Origin: Candidatus Latescibacterota bacterium
Lineage (GTDB): Bacteria; Latescibacterota; UBA2968; GCA-2709665
Direction: 5' to 3'
NCBI GenBank assembly: GCA_965203805.1
Contig: OZ241917.1
Location: 3,584,001-3,648,000 of the forward strand
Length of the DNA stretch: 64,000 nt
This document shows positions 60,224 through 64,000 of this stretch, piece after piece. Numbering within the stretch: the stretch's first letter is position 1; every line of letters begins with the position of its first letter. The position numbers were made by a program, and so were the translations under genes. The notes below the pieces were generated by a model. The model saw only the letters and a program-made list of their open reading frames with translations. It searched no databases and had not been told where the DNA came from.

Positions 60224-61579
60224 ATGAGACCATCGGACCGCGATACCATTGTCGCAATCGCCACCGGTCCCGGCGAGGCAGCGATAGGCATCGTGCGGCT
60301 TACGGGGCCGGAGGCGGTAGGAATCGCCTCCGGTTTTTTTTGTGGCGCCCGTGAATTGCGCCGTATGGAGGACCGCCGCCTGATGTATGGAAGGTTTGTG
60401 GTTGGAGACCAGGACCTGGACGAGGTGCTGGTCTCTGTCATGAGGGGTTCCAGGTCGTTTACGGGCGAAGACACGGTCGAATTCAACTGCCACGGCGGCC
60501 CTCTTCTTCTGCGGCGCGCGATGGAAGCGCTGATCTCGGCGGGCGCACGCCCCGCCGAGCCGGGCGAATTCACCCGGCGGGCATTTCTCAACGGCCGAAT
60601 CGATCTCACCCAGGCCGAAGCAATTTCGGATATGATCACCGCCCGGGCCGACCGGAGTCTTCGGTCCGCCTATTTCCAGTTGCGCGGCGGTTTGAGGGCC
60701 CGGTTCGAAGATCTGGCGGAAGCCCTGCGGGATTTGCTGACATTGATCGAGGCGGGACTGGATTTTTACGAAGACGCCGGTGTCGAACAGGACGCCATAC
60801 GTCCGTCGATCGTGCGGGCGGAAGGGGAAATAAAGCGGCTGGTCGCATCCTATCAACACGGCAAAATCATACGAGAGGGCGCCCTGGTGGCCCTCGCCGG
60901 CCCGCCGAACGCCGGCAAATCGAGCCTGCTCAACCGGCTGCTCGAGGAGGACCGCGCCATCGTTTCGCCGGTTTCCGGCACCACGCGGGATACGATTGAA
61001 GAGTCGATCACTCTGGACGGCATTCGCGTCACGCTGGTCGACACTGCCGGAATTGCGAAGCCGCGTGACGATATTGAGCGGGAAGGCGCGCGACGGTCCC
61101 GAGACGCGATTGCGCGGGCCGGCCTTGTGCTGCTGATCGTGGATGCATCCGTCCCCGCGGCCGGCGGGCTGGAGGCGATGGTAGAGGGCGTGACTCCCGG
61201 TAACGTGCTTCTCGTCAGGAACAAGAAGGATCTCGGCCTCCACGCCGACTGGCGGACGGGCAGCCCGTTTCAGGGTCTCTCCACCTCCGCCCTCACGGGG
61301 GAGGGCCTCGACAGACTCAGAGAGTGTGTCCTCGGGCGCGTGATGGCGGAATCCGATCCCGAATCCGGCGTCGTAACGCACGCGCGGCACGTGGAGGCGT
61401 TGCGACGGGCGGGAGACGCGCTCGGCCGGGCAACCGGAGCGCTTGACGAGGAACTTCCCGGTGAGGTGGTGGCGGTGGAGCTGCGGGAGGCGACCGACGC
61501 GCTGGCCGAGATTGTCGGCGAGACCACGTCGGAGGACATCCTGGACCGGATTTTCAGTACGTTTTGTATAGGCAAATAG
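60224..61579 (+). CDS. mnmE: tRNA modification GTPase MnmE
   Basis: DTIVAIAT, SFTGEDTVE..CHGG, GEFTRRAFLNGR, GPPNAGKSSLLN, GTTRD, DTAG, NKKD, FCIGK. Confidence 0.97.
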   Translation: MRPSDRDTIVAIATGPGEAAIGIVRLTGPEAVGIASGFFCGARELRRMEDRRLMYGRFVVGDQDLDEVLVSVMRGSRSFTGEDTVEFNCHGGPLLLRRAMEALISAGARPAEPGEFTRRAFLNGRIDLTQAEAISDMITARADRSLRSAYFQLRGGLRARFEDLAEALRDLLTLIEAGLDFYEDAGVEQDAIRPSIVRAEGEIKRLVASYQHGKIIREGALVALAGPPNAGKSSLLNRLLEEDRAIVSPVSGTTRDTIEESITLDGIRVTLVDTAGIAKPRDDIEREGARRSRDAIARAGLVLLIVDASVPAAGGLEAMVEGVTPGNVLLVRNKKDLGLHADWRTGSPFQGLSTSALTGEGLDRLRECVLGRVMAESDPESGVVTHARHVEALRRAGDALGRATGALDEELPGEVVAVELREATDALAEIVGETTSEDILDRIFSTFCIGK

Positions 61580-61580
61580 C

Positions 61581-61716
61581 CAAAAAGCGGTAAGACGTGA
61601 GACGGTAGACGGTAGATGACATCCTTGTCCGATTGGTTATTCCCTTATGCCTCCGGCAAGAAATGAAACCGAACAGGCAATGATATCCTCTCACGTCTTA
61701 CGTCTCACGTCTCACC
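61581..61716 (+). repeat. Dispersed element of about 140 bp with heptamer-repeat arms, copy 2
   Basis: Inverted homologue of 20700-20850, with GACG(G/T)(T/G)A repeats on the left and T(C/T)ACGTC repeats on the right. Confidence 0.8.
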
Positions 61717-61725
61717 CGTTTGTAA

Positions 61726-61741
61726 TGTTCCACGTGAAACA
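61726..61741. promoter_or_regulatory. parS: parS centromere-like site
   Basis: TGTTCCACGTGAAACA matches the TGTTNCACGTGAAACA consensus, about 6 kb from oriC and just before rsmG. Confidence 0.9.
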
Positions 61742-61798
61742 TGGCATCCAATACAGGGAATTGTCGCGTTGCTTCCGGCGGACGCGTGTGGAGGAACG

Positions 61799-62443
61799 GT
61801 GACGGATCAGGAGTTTCTGACGGCCGCCGAAGCGCTGTCCGTCCCTCTGTCTGAAGAACAGGCCTCGCGGTTTCTTCGATATGAGGCGCTGCTCCGGTCG
61901 TGGGCGGAACGGGTGAGACTGGTGTCCCGGGGAGACCGGGACAGAATCAGGGAGCGCCACTTTATCGAGAGTCTGCGGGTGGTTCGCTTTCTTCCGGAAG
62001 GGCGGATTTCGCTCCTGGATCTGGGATCGGGCGCGGGTTTTCCGGGTGTTCCGGTCAAAATCGCCCGGCCGGATGCCGATGTCGTGCTTCTGGAGTCGGC
62101 AAGAATGAAGGCGCTCTTTCTGAAACGCCTGGTCGTTGAACTGGAAATGGAAGGGCTGTCCGTTTTGCCCGAGCGGGCGGAGGTTGCCTGCAAACGGGAG
62201 GAACATCGGGGGAGATTCGATATTGTAACGGCGCGGGCAGTGGGCTCGCTGCCGGTCCTGTGGCGCCTGTCGTCAGGATTCCTCAGGAAGGGTGGCGAGC
62301 TGTTCGCGCTCAAGGGGCCCGGCGCAGGCCGGGAGGCGGAGGAATTCGGCTCGGACGGCCCGGTTGTGACCATAGAGCGCGGTGCGCCCGAGGTCCGGCG
62401 AAGGGACACGGTTCTCGTCAGGGCTACCGCGCGTTTGGAATGA
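61799..62443 (+). CDS. rsmG: 16S rRNA m7G527 methyltransferase RsmG (GidB)
   Basis: RHFIESL, LDLGSGAGFPG.P..I, LLES..K..FL, RAE, FD.VTARAV, ALKG; GGAGG RBS before GTG 61799. Confidence 0.95.
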   Translation: MTDQEFLTAAEALSVPLSEEQASRFLRYEALLRSWAERVRLVSRGDRDRIRERHFIESLRVVRFLPEGRISLLDLGSGAGFPGVPVKIARPDADVVLLESARMKALFLKRLVVELEMEGLSVLPERAEVACKREEHRGRFDIVTARAVGSLPVLWRLSSGFLRKGGELFALKGPGAGREAEEFGSDGPVVTIERGAPEVRRRDTVLVRATARLE

Positions 62444-62842
62444 TCACTCGGCCTGAACGAGTTCGATCAGGACGCCCGATGCGCTCCGGGGATGGACGAA
62501 AGCCACCCGCCGGCCGAGCGCGCCCGTGCGGATTCCGCCGGCGATCGCGAGCCCCCGGTCCTTGCATGCTGAGACGGCGGCATCGATATCCGGTACCCGC
62601 ATGGCGATATGGTGCAGACCCTGCCCCTTTCTGGAAAGGAACCGTGCCAGAGAACTCCCTTCGTGCGTCGGTTCCAGGAGTTCGAGCCGGGTCAGGCCGG
62701 ATCCGCCCAGAAATACCACACGGACGCCTTCCGCTTCCACGGTTTCTTCGTCCGTTGTTTCAAACCCGAGCATCGCATAGACGGCCAGTGCCCGGTCGAT
62801 CCCCTCCACCGCGATGCCCACATGATCCACGTGTCCGTCCAC
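62444..62842 (-). CDS. mce: Methylmalonyl-CoA epimerase (VOC family)
   Basis: VDHVGIAV, ELLEP, FL..KG.GLHHIA.RV.DI, AFVHP.S..GVLIEL. Confidence 0.9.
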   Translation of the reverse strand: MDGHVDHVGIAVEGIDRALAVYAMLGFETTDEETVEAEGVRVVFLGGSGLTRLELLEPTHEGSSLARFLSRKGQGLHHIAMRVPDIDAAVSACKDRGLAIAGGIRTGALGRRVAFVHPRSASGVLIELVQAE

Positions 62843-62996
62843 GGTTATCCTCCCGGTCTGTAGGATCCAAAAGCGGAACGCAGTCTGTCCGATATTTCGC
62901 CCATGGTCGCGCCGGCTGAACAGGCTGCCACGGACTGCCGGTCCATCCAGTGTCCTGTCCCAAAAGTACCTCCGACTGCGCCCCCCGTAGTATGGT

Positions 62997-63998
62997 CTAG
63001 TTGAAGGGAGAAGCGTTGTGCTGCACGAGCACCCGGTTCATGTCTACCTCAATCGTGACCATCGTCTGGAGCAGGCGCGCTTCGGGGCCTTCGCCGTCGT
63101 ACAGGTTGACCGGCGCGTAGATATCCATTGCGTAGCGCGGCGCCAGCGGAACGAACCCGGGGACGACAGGCAGGGTGCCTGGCCCGCCTTCGCTGATGTT
63201 GGGATTCTGGTCGATTTCCCGCAGCATCATCGGCAGCTTGATTCCGAGGTCGGCGAGTCTCCTGCCTTCCAGGAAGAGGATCTCCTGCCGCGCGAGCCAC
63301 AGCGAATGCCACAAGTCGGATGCTTCCGTCAGGGCCGTGACGCTGTCGGCGTCGAGTGATGTTCCGGAAATGTTGGGGATCGCGAGTCCGTCGCCCGGAC
63401 GCTCGAGTACCAGGCCGGCCCGGTAGGGGCTGTCGGAATCGGACCGCACGAGGATCTCGGCGTCGCGCGGACGCAAACTCAGGTCGGCGTTGCGGCGCTC
63501 GTCGATATCGTCGAAGGAGACGGTGCCACGGGTTCCGGCAAGGCGTATGGCGCTGGCCAGTTGGCGCTTCGCCCCCGCGAGATCCCCCGATGCCAGCGCG
63601 ACCTCAGCCAGGATCAGGTGCATTTCCTCGGCCTTGGCGACGGGTATTGCCGACGCGCGATCCGTGTACTTGGGGTCCAGGAAGTCGAGCCGGGGCAACG
63701 GCTGCATCTCCTGCAACGCCCTCAGCACCAGGAAATCCACCGGCCTGTTGGTGATCGAACTCCCGTCGTATGGAGGCGCGAAGAGGAACTCCGAGTCGGC
63801 GGAAAGCACAGCGTTGGCTGCTGCCGTCGCTCCTCCCCTGTCACCCTGCAAACGGTAGGCGCGCGCAAGCGCCGCGTTTGCCTGCGGTCCGAACCCCACC
63901 GCCGCCTGCAGGTCGGTCACGGCCCGGCCAAGCGCAACGTCGGAGGGTTGCGGAGTACCGTCCTTCTCAAGCGGCACGAAGGAGAAGATCTCGCCCAT
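62997..63998 (-). CDS. RagB/SusD-like outer-membrane nutrient-binding protein, 5' end probably beyond the window
   Basis: TPR-like ANAALARAYRL.GD, AEEMHLILAEVAL, RQEILFLEGRRLADL (SusD C-terminal E-L-x-x-E-G-x-R-x-x-D-L). Confidence 0.65.
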   Translation of the reverse strand: MGEIFSFVPLEKDGTPQPSDVALGRAVTDLQAAVGFGPQANAALARAYRLQGDRGGATAAANAVLSADSEFLFAPPYDGSSITNRPVDFLVLRALQEMQPLPRLDFLDPKYTDRASAIPVAKAEEMHLILAEVALASGDLAGAKRQLASAIRLAGTRGTVSFDDIDERRNADLSLRPRDAEILVRSDSDSPYRAGLVLERPGDGLAIPNISGTSLDADSVTALTEASDLWHSLWLARQEILFLEGRRLADLGIKLPMMLREIDQNPNISEGGPGTLPVVPGFVPLAPRYAMDIYAPVNLYDGEGPEARLLQTMVTIEVDMNRVLVQHNASPFN

Positions 63999-64000
63999 GG

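Noticed and set aside
58844-61390. 848-aa minus-strand ORF
   Set aside because: Antisense shadow of yidC and mnmE with no domain signatures.

Overview
High-GC bacterial chromosome segment spanning the replication origin. The right third holds the core cluster gyrA-gyrB-DUF721-recF-dnaN-[oriC]-dnaA <> rpmH-rnpA-yidC-mnmE-[parS]-rsmG. The middle is housekeeping: tRNA-Asp, hom, mfd, surA, argF, tmk, an S41 protease, larE, def, a pncB-like gene, moaD/moaE and a glutaminyl cyclase. The left third is accessory: glycan-related enzymes, two toxin-antitoxin loci, and a sigma54-linked array of three FtsX/MacB-type ABC permease paralogues. The gene content resembles FCB-group or Latescibacterota-like organisms, but this is an impression, not an assignment. 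Most notable: (1) the permease array is separated by shuffled, nested palindromic repeat modules, has homogenised gene ends, and carries a 241-bp tandem array between its sigma54 promoter and the first gene, suggesting a repeat-bounded cassette array; (2) the S41 protease carries an insert resembling a GyrA helical (C-gate region) segment; (3) an unannotated Arg-rich small ORF with its own RBS and terminator; (4) MoaD with its Gly-Gly motif masked by a C-terminal tail; (5) atypical gyrase quinolone-binding motifs; (6) several candidate structured RNAs or MITE-like elements. All calls come from reading motifs by eye; no database searches were run.
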